Positions 1 to 11,397 are shown, counted from the stretch's first letter. The stretch: 64,000 nucleotides of DNA from Minisyncoccota bacterium (GCA_020059045.1 JAGVCW010000021.1:27821-91820); one strand, 5' to 3'. The notes: generated by a model not told the origin, from the letters alone. Numbers and translations: made by a program.

Positions 1-1
1 C

Positions 2-2101
2 ATTGATGCTGGTAAGACCACCACATCTGAGCGGGTTTTGTATTACACAGGTTCTCAGCACAAGATTGGAGAAGTGCACGAAGGAGACACTACTACAGAC
101 TGGATGGAACAAGAGCGTGAAAGAGGGATCACCATCACCGCAGCCGCTATTACATGCTTTTGGGCACCCACATATCTTTCTGCCGATGAACGCAAAAAGA
201 CAGAAAACAAATATCGTTTCAATGTCATAGACACACCCGGTCACATCGACTTCACAGTAGAGGTCAAGCGTTCGCTTCGAGTTCTCGATGGTGCGGTTGT
301 AGTGTTTGACGGAGTTGCAGGTGTAGAGCCTCAGTCAGAGACCAACTGGCGTTATGCAGAAGAAGCTCAAGTTCCTAGAATTTGCTTTATAAACAAGTTA
401 GACAGAACTGGTGCAAGTTTTGAGCGTTCATACAAATCGATTCTCGATAGACTTTCGAAGAAAGCAGTGCGAATGCAGATCCCACTTGGTGAAGAAGACG
501 CACACGAAGGTGTGATCGATCTTCTCAAGATGAAGATGTACAAGTTTGAAGGTGAGCTTGGCCGTGATGTAGTTGAACACGATATCCCAGCTGAACTCAA
601 GGCTGATGCGGATAAGTATCGTCATGAGCTTGTAGAGAGAATCGTAGAAAACGATGACGGCCTAATGAGCGCGTATCTAGAAGGTCGTGAAGTAGCACTC
701 GAAGATTTAAAGAAGACATTGCGTAAAGCTGTTATCGAAAACAAAATTTTTCCTGTTTTTACAGGCTCTGCTCTCAAGAACAAAGGTGTACAACTAGTGC
801 TTGACTCAGTTGTAGACTATCTTCCATCTCCACTCGATATCCCACCAATCAAAGGAGTGGATCCTCGCAATGGTGAAGAAGTAATACGCCATGCATCAGA
901 CACGGATCCCTTCGCGGCCCTTGCTTTCAAACTTCAAGCAGATCCATTTGTCGGTCAACTCACATTTTTCCGAGTATACTCGGGAACAATCGAGGCTGGA
1001 ACATATTTATATAATTCAACCACAGGTGAGAAGGAGCGCCTTGGCCGCATAGTGCGTCTCCAGGCAAATGATCGTGAAGAGGTGAAGAAAGTTTACGCTG
1101 GAGAGATTGCAGCCGCAGTAGGACTCAAAAATGCTAAAACATCTCACACTTTTTGCGATGAAGACCATCCTATAATCCTCGATCAGATTACATTTCCAGA
1201 ACCCGTTATCTCACTGCGTATTGAACCTAAGACCAAAGCTGATCAGGAGAAGATGGGACTTGCGCTCAAACGTCTTTCAGACGAGGACCCAACATTTAGA
1301 ATCAAGTCAGACCAAGAGACTGGTGAAACAGTGATCATGGGAATGGGAGAGCTACATCTTGAGATCATTGTTGACCGAATGAAGCGGGAGTTCAGCGTTG
1401 AAGCAAATGTTGGTAAGCCACAAGTGGCCTACAAGGAAACAATCATGGGTGAGGCAGAGGTTGAGAACAAGTACATCAAGCAGTCAGGAGGTAAGGGTCA
1501 GTATGGTCACGTTAGAATAACTATCAAGCCTCTTGAGAAAAGAGATCCAGAAGCGAAAGTTCCTAAGAATGTCAAAATTTCTGAAGGCTTTGAGTTTATA
1601 GACTCGATTAAAGGAGGTGTTATCCCACAAGAGTTCATCCCAGCTGTTGAGAAGGGAGTTAAGGAAGCGATGGAGCGTGGGGTTACTGCTGGATACAAAA
1701 TGACAGATATTTCATGTGAGCTAACGTTTGGAAGTTATCACGATGTTGACTCCTCAGAAATCGCTTACAAGATAGCAGCATCACAAGCTTTCCAGGAAGC
1801 TGCAAGAAAAGCAAAGCCAGTTATTCTTGAACCAATTATGAAAGTAGAAGTGGTGGTACCAGACAAGTTCATGGGTGACATCACAGGAAACCTATCGTCA
1901 CGTCGTGGCCAAGTGGAAGGTATGGAAGAGCGTGGAGAGCTAAAAGTCATTCGTGCCAAGGTTCCTCTGGCAGAAATGTTTGGCTATGTAACAAGTCTCC
2001 GATCAATGACCGAAGGTCGTGGATCTTCTACCATGGAATTCGATCACTACGAGGTGGTACCGGCTAACGTGGCGTTATCTATTATTGAATCTAGGAAATA
2101 A
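2..2101 (+). CDS. fusA: Elongation factor G (5'-truncated by window edge)
   Basis: Frame of ORF 38..2101 continues to nt 2 ([17 protein letters not shown]...). G-domain motifs, EF-G domains II-V. True N-terminus lies upstream of window. Confidence 0.95.
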   Translation: MDAGKTTTSERVLYYTGSQHKIGEVHEGDTTTDWMEQERERGITITAAAITCFWAPTYLSADERKKTENKYRFNVIDTPGHIDFTVEVKRSLRVLDGAVVVFDGVAGVEPQSETNWRYAEEAQVPRICFINKLDRTGASFERSYKSILDRLSKKAVRMQIPLGEEDAHEGVIDLLKMKMYKFEGELGRDVVEHDIPAELKADADKYRHELVERIVENDDGLMSAYLEGREVALEDLKKTLRKAVIENKIFPVFTGSALKNKGVQLVLDSVVDYLPSPLDIPPIKGVDPRNGEEVIRHASDTDPFAALAFKLQADPFVGQLTFFRVYSGTIEAGTYLYNSTTGEKERLGRIVRLQANDREEVKKVYAGEIAAAVGLKNAKTSHTFCDEDHPIILDQITFPEPVISLRIEPKTKADQEKMGLALKRLSDEDPTFRIKSDQETGETVIMGMGELHLEIIVDRMKREFSVEANVGKPQVAYKETIMGEAEVENKYIKQSGGKGQYGHVRITIKPLEKRDPEAKVPKNVKISEGFEFIDSIKGGVIPQEFIPAVEKGVKEAMERGVTAGYKMTDISCELTFGSYHDVDSSEIAYKIAASQAFQEAARKAKPVILEPIMKVEVVVPDKFMGDITGNLSSRRGQVEGMEERGELKVIRAKVPLAEMFGYVTSLRSMTEGRGSSTMEFDHYEVVPANVALSIIESRK

Positions 2102-2235
2102 AATAAGTTACTACTCGTAGTATTACCACTTCTCGCCCCGTACGAAATCCGCCGCTTATCTGTGGTAGTTATTGACTTATGGAGTATTAGTCTGTATAAT
2201 TTACAAAGATTTAGAACCTCTAATGGGAGGCAACA

Positions 2236-2549
2236 TGTTTTATTGGTGGGAGCGAACTTGGGAAGAAACAGATATAAGAATTTTCTTAGGAATGTTTGTC
2301 TTTCTCGGCTGGGTTTATTCCTTCTTCGCTTTTATTCACCGGGGGAGTGATATTCATAATGATTTTTATGGTTTGGTGCTTGTTTTTGGTTTTGCATTAT
2401 TCTGGGGCCTACTTTCTTTTTCAGCTTCTTGGAGTGTCTATCCGCGCAAGATGGCTCCGTTCCTCCTAGCTGCTCCATTTGTTGGGCTCATCATGGGTCT
2501 TGTTCCTTACCTGCTTACATACATAATTATACAAATTGCAGGGACGTAG
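2236..2549 (+). CDS. Small integral membrane protein, hypothetical
   Basis: ORF 2172..2549. Internal ATG at 2236 is preceded by GGGAGG SD. 3-4 predicted TM helices. Confidence 0.5.
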
Positions 2550-2669
2550 AAAATTTGCAGCAGTAACTTCAAGTACACTCCACGATGATATCGTGGTTTT
2601 TTCATATAAAAAATTACTAAATAAAAATCTCCCGCTTCTCGAGTAGAGAATGGGAGATGCGGATTGAGG

Positions 2670-3125
2670 TTAATCTTTGATAGGAACTTCATCAGTGCTA
2701 CTCGCTCCGAAGATTCGTACGGGGTCTGCATTTTCCTGTCTTGAAAGATTTATCTCGTACTGATACAACAATGTGGGCAAAAGATATTTTTGAAGAAACT
2801 TTGCAAGGAGAGCAAGTTTCTCCTCTGGCGATTTGCCGAATGAATATATTGGCCCCCACAAATCTTCTTCGAAGAAAAGAGTTGCTTCGAAATATTCACT
2901 AGACACTATTGTCTCATGTGCCTTGCCACCTTTCTCATGACCTTCGTGTGTTTTACCATTGAGTTTAAGATGGTTTAGGATAATACCAGTAAGTGCAAAA
3001 AGATAGTCACTCCACTTAAGCTCGCTATGTTCAGTTCCAATCAAAAGCATTTCTCTACTTGCTTTTTCGAGCAGATGCTGCCTCTGCATTTCGCGTCTTT
3101 GCCATGCTGGCATTGTATTCGGCAT
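2670..3125 (-). CDS. Hypothetical protein
   Basis: ORF 2670..3170 (-). ATG at 3125 (MPNTMPAWQ...) is preceded by AAGGAGA SD. Confidence 0.5.
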   Translation of the reverse strand: MPNTMPAWQRREMQRQHLLEKASREMLLIGTEHSELKWSDYLFALTGIILNHLKLNGKTHEGHEKGGKAHETIVSSEYFEATLFFEEDLWGPIYSFGKSPEEKLALLAKFLQKYLLPTLLYQYEINLSRQENADPVRIFGASSTDEVPIKD

Positions 3126-3254
3126 TCGCCTCTCCTTTGGATGTAGGTACTTCTTGATCGAGCCTATCACTCAAGTTTAAAAAAATCAATAAAAAGTTGA
3201 CAAGTATAGAACTTTATTTTACTCTTTCTCATAGAATGAATCCTTGGAGGAAGA

Positions 3255-3722
3255 GTGAAAGGAACGAGGGCAAGCCAGATAGAAGCCAAAGCAAGAAGCT
3301 TGGCAGGTTCAATACACCACCTTCTTGAGCGTGGCGAAGGACTAGTTGTAAATGTCCATATATCGAAACGTGTTAGTTCTCGAATTCAAGTAAGGGACGG
3401 CAGAATGAAATCTACTCGCCGTACGGAAGGACAGTTAGCCAATAGTGAGTGGAAACGTTTATTGAAACTTAGCCACAAGTTGTCTACTCAACTCTGGAAA
3501 GAGAAGGGAATAAATCCTATGTGTGACCTTGTAGCTATGCTTGCCAGAAACGGAAATAAACCTGTTCTGATTGGGAATATATGGACGAATTGGCCCGCTA
3601 GTCTTGGGTTTTGGTCTTTTCGAGATAGATTGAACGCTCTAATTCGTGACGAAGGAATGATGGTTCGTTTGCAGTACCTCAATCGTGACGACAGGCGAGT
3701 TAAATTTTTTAGGGTCAAGTAA
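3255..3722 (+). CDS. Hypothetical basic protein
   Basis: GTG start with GGAGG SD 5 nt upstream. Candidate TTGACA-like promoter at ~3197. Confidence 0.45.
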   Translation: MKGTRASQIEAKARSLAGSIHHLLERGEGLVVNVHISKRVSSRIQVRDGRMKSTRRTEGQLANSEWKRLLKLSHKLSTQLWKEKGINPMCDLVAMLARNGNKPVLIGNIWTNWPASLGFWSFRDRLNALIRDEGMMVRLQYLNRDDRRVKFFRVK

Positions 3723-3831
3723 CTGCACGGTATTTTATATGATGGCCGTGTTTTTTATACCTAGACTTTTCTTGATTTACCTGTAATCTCAAAAAAAGAA
3801 GCTCACTTACAATCTGCCACCAAGGTTCTTC

Positions 3832-4422
3832 ATGACTTATATTTCGGAGGGAGATCGTCGGTTCTGGCAAAGGAAGTACCCAGAGTTGACTGACCCGAAG
3901 AGATGGGATGATAAAGTCTGGAAAAGTGTAAAAATTGGAATGCACGCATCTCCAAATGCTTTGATAGCAGAAGTACGAGAAAAAGGTTTTGAAGTGGGAG
4001 AAGAAACTGTGCACATCTTACATAGTGTTACTTCAGAACCACGAACAGTTGAGCTCGTTCGTATGGAGAAGTGGAATATCACTCGCTGCATCACGCCAGG
4101 CATTGATGAGGATTGGTTGGCGAGACATCTCCCGATCTTTGGTCTAGAACCTGCAAACCCAGAAATTGCACTTGCACTACGCATGGACTACAGCGATCAG
4201 CCAGAAGGTGAAGAATTGGGAGTAGTTGTGGAAGATGCAAGAATTTGGCAGTTCGATCCTTCAGAGCTAGTCCATACAGGTGAGGCTCGTCCAGGTATAA
4301 TTTCACTAAAAAATCTGAAGGGAAGTAAGCAAGTGAGAATCTGGACGGGGGATTACACTTCTGCTCCATGGAATTTTGCCCCAGTGTATGATTGGGTCTT
4401 TGCTCGAGTAACTCCAAGATGA
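3832..4422 (+). CDS. Hypothetical protein
   Basis: 196-aa ORF, no recognisable motif. Confidence 0.4.
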   Translation: MTYISEGDRRFWQRKYPELTDPKRWDDKVWKSVKIGMHASPNALIAEVREKGFEVGEETVHILHSVTSEPRTVELVRMEKWNITRCITPGIDEDWLARHLPIFGLEPANPEIALALRMDYSDQPEGEELGVVVEDARIWQFDPSELVHTGEARPGIISLKNLKGSKQVRIWTGDYTSAPWNFAPVYDWVFARVTPR

Positions 4423-4506
4423 CCATATATTGTCTTGGTTTTTTGTTTTCGTAGTGATCTTTTCCTCAACATAGAGTATTCTGGAGCGAGAGGCTTTCAT
4501 CCCAAA

Positions 4507-4923
4507 ATGGAGGCAGATATGTCAAAGAAACTTCGTAAGCAAGTATTGGGCGAGGCTACAACAGTTGTGCGTCGCGTAACATCCGTGCCACAGCGTGAGC
4601 TAGCAGAGTCAATAGGGATTGATATAAGCAATTGCACAATTGAAAATGCAAAACCAGTTATTGCTAATCGGCTTAGAGACGAGGCTTGGGAACTTGTAGA
4701 AAGGAACAGAATAGTTCCAGGATTAAAGTGTCTTTGTGATGGCGTACCATGCATTGTACAAAAGATTGGTAGTACAGCCCGCGGGTGGGGTAACCCTGGT
4801 GCGATAGTTGTAGTTCGTAAGCTTACTGAGCGTCCATGGACCGGCCATGTACGTCCATCGAGACTTACTGAATTCGATTACTCTCACCCAGTTTCCGTCG
4901 AGCCTAGAACCGCTGCCCCATAA
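4507..4923 (+). CDS. Hypothetical protein
   Basis: ORF 4435..4923. Internal ATG 4507 (MEADMSKK...) chosen. Confidence 0.4.
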   Translation: MEADMSKKLRKQVLGEATTVVRRVTSVPQRELAESIGIDISNCTIENAKPVIANRLRDEAWELVERNRIVPGLKCLCDGVPCIVQKIGSTARGWGNPGAIVVVRKLTERPWTGHVRPSRLTEFDYSHPVSVEPRTAAP

Positions 4924-5305
4924 TTTAGGAGCAGCTTTTTTCTTACCTGTTTTTGATTGAACAACTGCAATTCTCCAAGGATCTTTGGATAATTTTCGTT
5001 ATCCCGTTTTCATCCCCAGGATATTCACGATTTTTTAACCTTAAGTTTGACTATTCTACGCTCTCTGTTATGATGTTTCTCACGCTTTTCTCGATAGTAG
5101 TTTTTGGCTTTCCACGCTAGTTGCGGGACGAAACTTGGCCAAAATTTGCAATCAGTTGAGGCGATACTGTCCTTGCTTTGACAGGGAATTTTTTGTTTAT
5201 AAAAAGCATTATTAAAAGAAATTATTATTAGTAGCTCATTTGTATTAGTTGCTTCGGTCCGCTCGTTCTCGCGCAGCGAACCAAAGTAGTTATTACCACA
5301 TTATT

Positions 5306-6514
5306 ATGGCAGATTCACAAGCGTTTGATCGTTCCAAGCCTCACGTAAACGTGGGAACAATTGGTCATGTCGACCACGGCAAGACGACTCTCACAGCAAG
5401 TATTCTTCACATCCTTGATATGAACAAGGATAAGGGATATGGAGCTCGTGTAGAAGCTATAGACAAGATTGATAGTGCCCCAGAAGAGAAGGCCCGCGGT
5501 ATTACTATCGCTCTTCACCACTCAGAGTACTGGACCCCAAATCGTCACTACGCGCACATTGATGCTCCAGGTCACGCCGACTATATAAAGAACATGATTA
5601 CAGGTGCTGCCCAGATGGACGGCGCAGTACTCGTGGTTGCCGCAACTGACGGTGTTATGCCTCAGACTCGTGAGCACGTTCTACTTGCTCGCCAGGTTGG
5701 AGTGCCCAAGATCATAGTGTTTCTTAACAAGTGCGACATGGTTCCTGATAAAGAGCTTATAGATCTCGTGGAAGAAGAGGTTCGTGAACTTCTCACAAAG
5801 CAAGGTTTTGATGGTGCTAATACTCCGATTATCCGTGGTTCAGGTCTCAAGGCACTTGAAGCTAAAGCAGCGGATGACGAGTGGGCAATGAAAGTAATGG
5901 AACTTGTAAACACGCTCGATACTTTCATTCCAATGCCAGTTCGAGAAATCGACAAAGCATTCCTTATGCCAGTTGAAGACATCTTCTCTATTGAAGGTCG
6001 AGGCACGGTGGTAACAGGAAGAATTGAGAGAGGTCAAGTGAAGGTGAACGAAGAGATTGAGGTTATCGGTCTCAAGGACACTGCAAAGACTGTAGTCACA
6101 GGTATCGAAATGTTCAATAAGCAGCTCGATTCAGGTATGGCTGGAGACAATGCTGGTATTCTTCTCCGAGGATTGAAAAAGGAGGACATTACACGTGGTC
6201 AGGTTCTTGCAAAGCCAGGTTCAGTTACACCTCATACGGAGTTTGAATCAGAGGTCTACATCTTGAAGAAGGAAGAAGGCGGACGCCACACGCCATTCTT
6301 TACTGGTTACAAACCACAATTCTATGTTAGAACTACAGACGTTACAGGTGAAGTAACTTTGCCTGAGAAAGTAGAAATGGTTATGCCAGGAGACACAGTT
6401 ACATTCAAGGTCAAACTTGTAGCTCCAGTTGCGCTTGAAGCTCAACAGAGATTTGCTATCCGAGAGGGTGGTAAGACTGTTGGAGCAGGGGTGGTTACGA
6501 AGATAACGGCTTAA
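5306..6514 (+). CDS. tuf: Elongation factor Tu
   Basis: [29 protein letters not shown]..., GHVDHGKT P-loop, DAPGH, NKCD. ATG at 5306 inside ORF 5249..6514. Confidence 0.97.
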   Translation: MADSQAFDRSKPHVNVGTIGHVDHGKTTLTASILHILDMNKDKGYGARVEAIDKIDSAPEEKARGITIALHHSEYWTPNRHYAHIDAPGHADYIKNMITGAAQMDGAVLVVAATDGVMPQTREHVLLARQVGVPKIIVFLNKCDMVPDKELIDLVEEEVRELLTKQGFDGANTPIIRGSGLKALEAKAADDEWAMKVMELVNTLDTFIPMPVREIDKAFLMPVEDIFSIEGRGTVVTGRIERGQVKVNEEIEVIGLKDTAKTVVTGIEMFNKQLDSGMAGDNAGILLRGLKKEDITRGQVLAKPGSVTPHTEFESEVYILKKEEGGRHTPFFTGYKPQFYVRTTDVTGEVTLPEKVEMVMPGDTVTFKVKLVAPVALEAQQRFAIREGGKTVGAGVVTKITA

Positions 6515-6639
6515 CAAGTTGAGAAGTTTAATAAGTTGTATAAATTTAATAAGTTTGAATTCAAAACTTATTAAACTTATAAGCACTAGCCAAGTCAGGC
6601 AGATGCGGAACTTATGTAACTTAATAACTAGTTCATTAC

Positions 6640-7026
6640 ATGCCCAAAGCAAAAATAAAAAAAGAAGCTCCTAAGAAAAAGAAAAGTGACTCCAAGGTGA
6701 GTAAGGCTAAAGAAGAGACTGTCTCAAAGCTACGTATTCGAGTCCGAGCCTATGAGTACAAAATTCTTGATGTATCTGTAAAGCAGATCATAGACACAGC
6801 ACTAAGGTTTGACGCCCAAGTGCTTGGTCCTATACCGCTTCCAACAGAAATCAAGAAATATACTGTCAATCGTTCCTCATTTGTGTACAAAAATGCGCGA
6901 GAGCAGTTTGAAATGAGGATTCATAAGCGATTGATAGATATAGTAAACCCTACTCCGAAGTTGATTGAGTCACTTACCAACTTGTCCCTTCCATCAGGAG
7001 TGAACATAGATGTGAAATTGATGTGA
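6640..7026 (+). CDS. rpsJ: 30S ribosomal protein S10 with ~30-aa Lys-rich N-terminal extension
   Basis: [15 protein letters not shown]...GPIPLPT core. N-terminus [26 protein letters not shown]. Confidence 0.93.
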   Translation: MPKAKIKKEAPKKKKSDSKVSKAKEETVSKLRIRVRAYEYKILDVSVKQIIDTALRFDAQVLGPIPLPTEIKKYTVNRSSFVYKNAREQFEMRIHKRLIDIVNPTPKLIESLTNLSLPSGVNIDVKLM

Positions 7027-7035
7027 TAGAGAAAT

Positions 7036-7200
7036 AACGAACGAAGTGAGTATATTTCTCATCATCCCTCCCCACTTTCACTGTTGATATTAAAAGAATT
7101 ACTTAACACTGAATGGCCGATTTTAGCTAAAGTTATTTATTAATGTCGTTAGTGAAAGTGGGGAGGGATCACGATTGTTTCTAACTCGCTTCGCTCATAA
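7036..7200 (+). promoter_or_regulatory. Family-1 structured inter-cistronic spacer upstream of rplC
   Basis: 5' arm AACGAACGAAGTGAG (7036-7050) complementary to 3' arm CTCGCTTCGCTC (7186-7197). Nested 22-bp IR CATCCCTCCCCACTTTCACTG / CAGTGAAAGTGGGGAGGGATC. Confidence 0.55.
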
Positions 7201-7208
7201 GAAAAAAC

Positions 7209-7817
7209 GTGAAATTTATCCTCGCAAAAAAGAATAGAATGTCAGAAGTCTTTACTGAGAGTGGTTTGGTAATTCCTGTTACTATTCTTTCTGCTACTCC
7301 TATGGTGGTAACTCAGATGAAAGATGAGTCGACCGACGGGTACAAAGCTGTACAAGTAGGATTTGGTACACGCAGAGAAAAGAGAATAAACAAGGCGGTA
7401 AAAGGGCATACCAAGGAGCTTGGCAATTTTCTAAAGCTAAAAGAATTTCGCCTCAAGGATGATACATTTGTCCGCGGTGACAAGATAGATGTTTCTGTCT
7501 TTACTGCAGGAGATGTGGTTGAAGTCTCAGCCATTTCTAAGGGTAAAGGTTTCCAAGGTGTCGTGAAGCGCCACGGATTTGCCGGTGGTCCACGAAGTCA
7601 TGGGCAGAAACACTCAGAGCGTGAGCCAGGATCTATCGGCGGAGGATTGCGTACACATGTTCCGAAAGGTATGCGCATGGCAGGGCGAATGGGTGGCGAT
7701 CGTATAACCGTAAGGAATCTTAAAGTTGTCGAGGTTAATCCTACAGAGAATATTATTTTAGTTTCTGGCGCGGTGCCGGGGAGAAGAGGAACGATTGTCG
7801 AAATCAGAGGTAAATAA
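7209..7817 (+). CDS. rplC: 50S ribosomal protein L3
   Basis: GTG start. MKFILAKKNRMSEVFTESGLVIPVTIL...YKAVQVGFG matches L3 N-terminus. Confidence 0.93.
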   Translation: MKFILAKKNRMSEVFTESGLVIPVTILSATPMVVTQMKDESTDGYKAVQVGFGTRREKRINKAVKGHTKELGNFLKLKEFRLKDDTFVRGDKIDVSVFTAGDVVEVSAISKGKGFQGVVKRHGFAGGPRSHGQKHSEREPGSIGGGLRTHVPKGMRMAGRMGGDRITVRNLKVVEVNPTENIILVSGAVPGRRGTIVEIRGK

Positions 7818-7888
7818 GTTGTAGATGTTCTAAATGTTATATATGTCTGACAATTACAACAACTAGAACAATTACAACAATTAGAACC
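7818..7888 (+). repeat. Family-2 inter-cistronic spacer (GTTGTA/GTTCTA ... TGTCTGACA ... TACAAC/TAGAAC)
   Basis: Same motif set recurs before rplD, rplV, the IVS-like gene, rplP, rpmC, rplE and rpsH. Confidence 0.55.
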
Positions 7889-8659
7889 ATGGACACAACA
7901 GTTTATAACCAAAAAGGTGATTCAGTAGGGAAGATTAAGATTCCTGAATCAGTTTTCGGCGTGAAGTGGAATTCTGACATGGTTCACCAAGTTGTGACGT
8001 CCATGACATCTAGTGCGCGCAGAAACACGGCTCATACAAAGACTCGTGGGGAAGTACGGGGAGGAGGCAAGAAGCCTTGGAAGCAGAAGGGTACAGGACA
8101 GGCTCGTCACGGCTCGACTCGTTCACCAATATGGGTAGGAGGAGGTGTGGCACACGGTCCAAGAAACGATAAGAATTATGATCGCAAGGTGAATCGCAAA
8201 ATGAAGACCAAGGCTCTGTTTGCTATACTTTCTAGAAAGCTAAGTGATGGAGAAATAATTTTTATAGATGCGATTACAATGGGAGAAGCGAAGACAAAGA
8301 ATGCAATCAATATTATTTCAAATTTGAGAAAAATTGAGGGTTTCGATAAGATCTTTAATAAAAAGAAAAACAGTGCTCTCATTACTCTTGGCGAGAAAGA
8401 CGATTCTATAACAAGAAGTTTTAAAAACATAGGGAACGTGAGTGTCGATGAAATTCGTAATATAAACCCAGTTACACTTTTAAATTACAAAGCTCTCATC
8501 ATTTTAAATCCAGAAGCGTCTCTTCGATTACTTGAATCAAGGCTTAAGCAGAAAGCTACAGGTGATGCAGAAGGAGTGATAAAGAAAAAGTTTACAGCTA
8601 AAAAGAAAGGAGCTACAACAAAGAAAAAAGTAGTAGCTGCAAAGCCAAAGTCTTTATAA
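7889..8659 (+). CDS. rplD: 50S ribosomal protein L4 with Lys-rich C-terminal extension
   Basis: ...RGGGKKPWKQKGTGQARHGS... L4 signature. Confidence 0.93.
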   Translation: MDTTVYNQKGDSVGKIKIPESVFGVKWNSDMVHQVVTSMTSSARRNTAHTKTRGEVRGGGKKPWKQKGTGQARHGSTRSPIWVGGGVAHGPRNDKNYDRKVNRKMKTKALFAILSRKLSDGEIIFIDAITMGEAKTKNAINIISNLRKIEGFDKIFNKKKNSALITLGEKDDSITRSFKNIGNVSVDEIRNINPVTLLNYKALIILNPEASLRLLESRLKQKATGDAEGVIKKKFTAKKKGATTKKKVVAAKPKSL

Positions 8660-8669
8660 CAACTCATTT

Positions 8670-9050
8670 ATGGCCCTATTTTCAAAAAAACCCAAAGAAA
8701 AAGTTAAGAAAGACTCTCCAAAGAGTGTTTCACCAGAAGGACCTGTCGCATCAATCGAAACGATGGGTGGTACATCTTTTGCCCATATTCTCTTGCAGCC
8801 ACGTATTACGGAGAAAGCATCTCTCAAGGCAGAGAGCAATAATGTTTATGTCTTTGAAGTAAGCCCTCGTGCGTCAAAAAGTGACATAAGGCAGGCAGTG
8901 AAAGAAATTTATAAAGTGTCTCCAGAAAAAGTTTCTGTCGCACGAATCCCAAGTAAAAGTATTGTGGTTCGTGGTAAGCAAGGTGTGCGATCAGGTGGCA
9001 AGAAAGCCTATGTGTACCTGAAGAAGGGAGAGAAGATAGAGGTAATTTAG
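8670..9050 (+). CDS. rplW: 50S ribosomal protein L23 (N-terminal extension)
   Basis: ILLQPRITEKAS...YVFEV...KV conserved L23 core. Confidence 0.9.
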   Translation: MALFSKKPKEKVKKDSPKSVSPEGPVASIETMGGTSFAHILLQPRITEKASLKAESNNVYVFEVSPRASKSDIRQAVKEIYKVSPEKVSVARIPSKSIVVRGKQGVRSGGKKAYVYLKKGEKIEVI

Positions 9051-9056
9051 AAATTC

Positions 9057-9225
9057 AACGAACGAAGTGAGTATGAATTACTTAACCCCAACAAATTTTA
9101 TAGATACACAATTACCCAATTATTCTTGTGTATTTAATAACCACGAGTTATTATCCTTGGGCAATTTCTCAACGATAAAATTTGAGGGGGTCATGATTTT
9201 CTAATCGCTCTGCTCAAGAAAATCT
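9057..9225 (+). promoter_or_regulatory. Family-1 structured spacer upstream of rplB
   Basis: AACGAACGAAGTGAGTATGAATTACTTAACCCC ... GAGGGGGTCATGATTTTCTAATCGCTCTGCTCAAGAAAATCT-ATG. Confidence 0.55.
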
Positions 9226-10065
9226 ATGAAACATTACAAACCAACAACCAAATCGCGAAGACAGATGACCGGTATAGACTACGGGAAAGTTTTGACCGCG
9301 AAAGATCCTTTGAAAAGTCTTACTCATGGAACTAAGCGTGATGTAGGCCGCAACCACCATGGTCGTGTTACAACACGTCACAAGGGAGGTGGGCACAAGC
9401 GTCTTTTCAGAGACATTGATTTTACATACAACAAATTTGATATTCCATTCAAAGTTTTAACAGTAGAATACGATCCAAACAGAACTGGTTTCATTGGCAT
9501 TGTAGTCTACAAGGATGGAGAAAAGAGATATGTCTTACTCCACAAAGGAGCGCGTGTTGGTGATACCTATATAGTTTCAGCTAAGGCTCCAGAGACAGTG
9601 GGCAACCGCCTGCCACTTGGCAAAATCACAGTGGGTACTTTCGTGTACAACGTAGAAGTTAAACCTCGTGGAGGTGCAAGGCTTGCAAGAAGCGCAGGTA
9701 ACTACATAGAAGTTGTTGCAAAGGATGCAGGCTACGTGGATCTTAAAATGCCATCTACAGAAGTAAGAAAAGTTTTAGAGACTTGCTGGGCGACAATCGG
9801 TGAAGTATCAAACGATGAGAACAGACTAGTAAATATCGGAAAAGCTGGAAGAAGTCGCTGGCTTGGTATAAGGCCTACTGTTCGTGGTTCTGCTATGAAC
9901 CCAGTAGATCATCCACACGGTGGAGGAGAGGGTCGTTCAGGACGCGGACGACGTCGAGCAGTGAGTGCATTTGGCAAACCAACAGGCAAGGGGCAGAAGT
10001 CTCGTACTCCAAAGAAATATTCAAACAAATTTATTGTTCGTCGCAGAAAAGTAGGAAAGAAGTAG
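9226..10065 (+). CDS. rplB: 50S ribosomal protein L2
   Basis: MKHYKPTTKSRRQM..., HPHGGGEG motif. Confidence 0.95.
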   Translation: MKHYKPTTKSRRQMTGIDYGKVLTAKDPLKSLTHGTKRDVGRNHHGRVTTRHKGGGHKRLFRDIDFTYNKFDIPFKVLTVEYDPNRTGFIGIVVYKDGEKRYVLLHKGARVGDTYIVSAKAPETVGNRLPLGKITVGTFVYNVEVKPRGGARLARSAGNYIEVVAKDAGYVDLKMPSTEVRKVLETCWATIGEVSNDENRLVNIGKAGRSRWLGIRPTVRGSAMNPVDHPHGGGEGRSGRGRRRAVSAFGKPTGKGQKSRTPKKYSNKFIVRRRKVGKK

Positions 10066-10160
10066 GATGATAAAGAGTAACCTACGACCGACAACACTAC
10101 TGAGTGGAAGCCGAGCTTCCAAAAATGTCTGTATTTCTTGCATAGCAGTGTAAATAAAAA

Positions 10161-10182
10161 AGCCCCGCATGTTTATGGGGCT
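10161..10182 (-). terminator. Rho-independent terminator of the 10187..11155 gene
   Basis: - strand hairpin GCCCCATAAACATGCGGGGC followed by TTTTTT, immediately after its stop codon. Confidence 0.6.
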
Positions 10183-10186
10183 ACGG

Positions 10187-11155
10187 TTATACTGTATCAA
10201 GCACAGCTTGTATCTCTGCGGCCAGTGCATTGGCTTCAGCCGCGTCTCTACTCTCATTTTCCTCAAGTTGAGCAGAGTCAACTGGTACTTCTCCAGGCAG
10301 AAGTGCAAGTTCAGCAAGTCGCAAAGCACCCTCTCTACTCTCGGCTACGATTAGGTATCGGTTTTGGTGGCAAAACACGGCATCTCCTACCCCGGTGATT
10401 TCCTGAAGTTCAAGACCTCTCATACCTGCCCACTCTCTTGGTAACAAGCGAGGCGAAGTTGTATCAGTAGCTCTGTGCCAGCGTTTCACTGTCTGTACGA
10501 GCCAGCCGACCCTTTTGGGGTACACGACGAGGACTATTTCTGGGAAGTTTCTACTTACGTAGTGATCCCAACGGCATGAGTCATCAAGGAGTAAAACCTG
10601 TGGGCTTAAGTGCTTCTCTACAGCTCTCTTGACCACCTCTTCTCCTCGAATCTCTTCTTTTGCGCGGAAGATTGCACCACTTATGTTTGCTCGTGCAAAC
10701 GCAAGAGCAATATCCCAGTCACTTGGCTTAAATGTAGCTACTGCACTTGAAATGCTGTATGGCCGGATTTCACCAGCTTTGTATCTTACCAGAGTATACC
10801 TGTTGTCTGCCGCATCTATGGGTATAACCATGTGCCTCTCAATTTCTTCAGCTATCCGAGTGTCTTGAGCAATTCGCAGTCCGAAATGTTTCCATACAAG
10901 ACCGAAGGCAGCGTATGGAACACCATTTGCTCGTCTACCAGCACCTCCTTGCATATGGTGATCGAAGTCTAGAGTTTCTGGGTTGTACACTCCTCCTACA
11001 TCAATACGTACATTGCTTTCAGCTATTACTCTTGGATCGCGGCTACGCACCACAAGAGCTTCCATGTATTCCGGAAGCAATTGTAAGGCCGCGATCGCGT
11101 ACACCTCGTCTGCATGGATGGGTCCGTCGTGGGTCACAATTTGCACAGACAACAC
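10187..11155 (-). CDS. MYG1/UPF0160-family metal-dependent exonuclease
   Basis: THDGPIHADEVYAIAALQLLPEY N-terminus and DFDHH motif typical of MYG1. GC ~50%, above neighbouring r-protein genes. Opposite strand to the operon. Confidence 0.75.
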   Translation of the reverse strand: MLSVQIVTHDGPIHADEVYAIAALQLLPEYMEALVVRSRDPRVIAESNVRIDVGGVYNPETLDFDHHMQGGAGRRANGVPYAAFGLVWKHFGLRIAQDTRIAEEIERHMVIPIDAADNRYTLVRYKAGEIRPYSISSAVATFKPSDWDIALAFARANISGAIFRAKEEIRGEEVVKRAVEKHLSPQVLLLDDSCRWDHYVSRNFPEIVLVVYPKRVGWLVQTVKRWHRATDTTSPRLLPREWAGMRGLELQEITGVGDAVFCHQNRYLIVAESREGALRLAELALLPGEVPVDSAQLEENESRDAAEANALAAEIQAVLDTV

Positions 11156-11369
11156 CTCAAAATGGGAGTGAAATGCTTCTATAACAAAGGGCAGTACAAA
11201 ATACAGAGTACATATTTTTAGAAAATAGTCAAGATTTGCTAGATTTGCAATAAGTCTATGAGTTTATGGGTATTAGTTATTTTCTCACAATATAAGTGCT
11301 TATTTACTCCCAAAATATGGCCTAAGATAGCCCTTTTTGGGGATTTATGTAATTTAAATCAAAAAGTTC

Positions 11370-11397
11370 TTGACAAATAAATTGTATATGTTATACT
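11370..11397 (+). promoter_or_regulatory. Sigma70-like promoter for the 11480 gene
   Basis: TTGACA at 11370-11375, 16-nt spacer, TG-n-TATACT at 11392-11397. Confidence 0.5.

Noticed and set aside
367-2000. Several 60-80 aa antisense ORFs inside fusA, tuf, ftsH and other conserved genes
   Set aside because: They are embedded in strongly supported conserved CDSs on the opposite strand.
4924-5305. Looked for the tRNA genes (Thr/Tyr/Gly/Thr) often found upstream of tuf
   Set aside because: No cloverleaf-compatible sequence and no GGTTCGAATCC-type T-arm in this interval. It contains only a leader hairpin and a weak promoter-like sequence.
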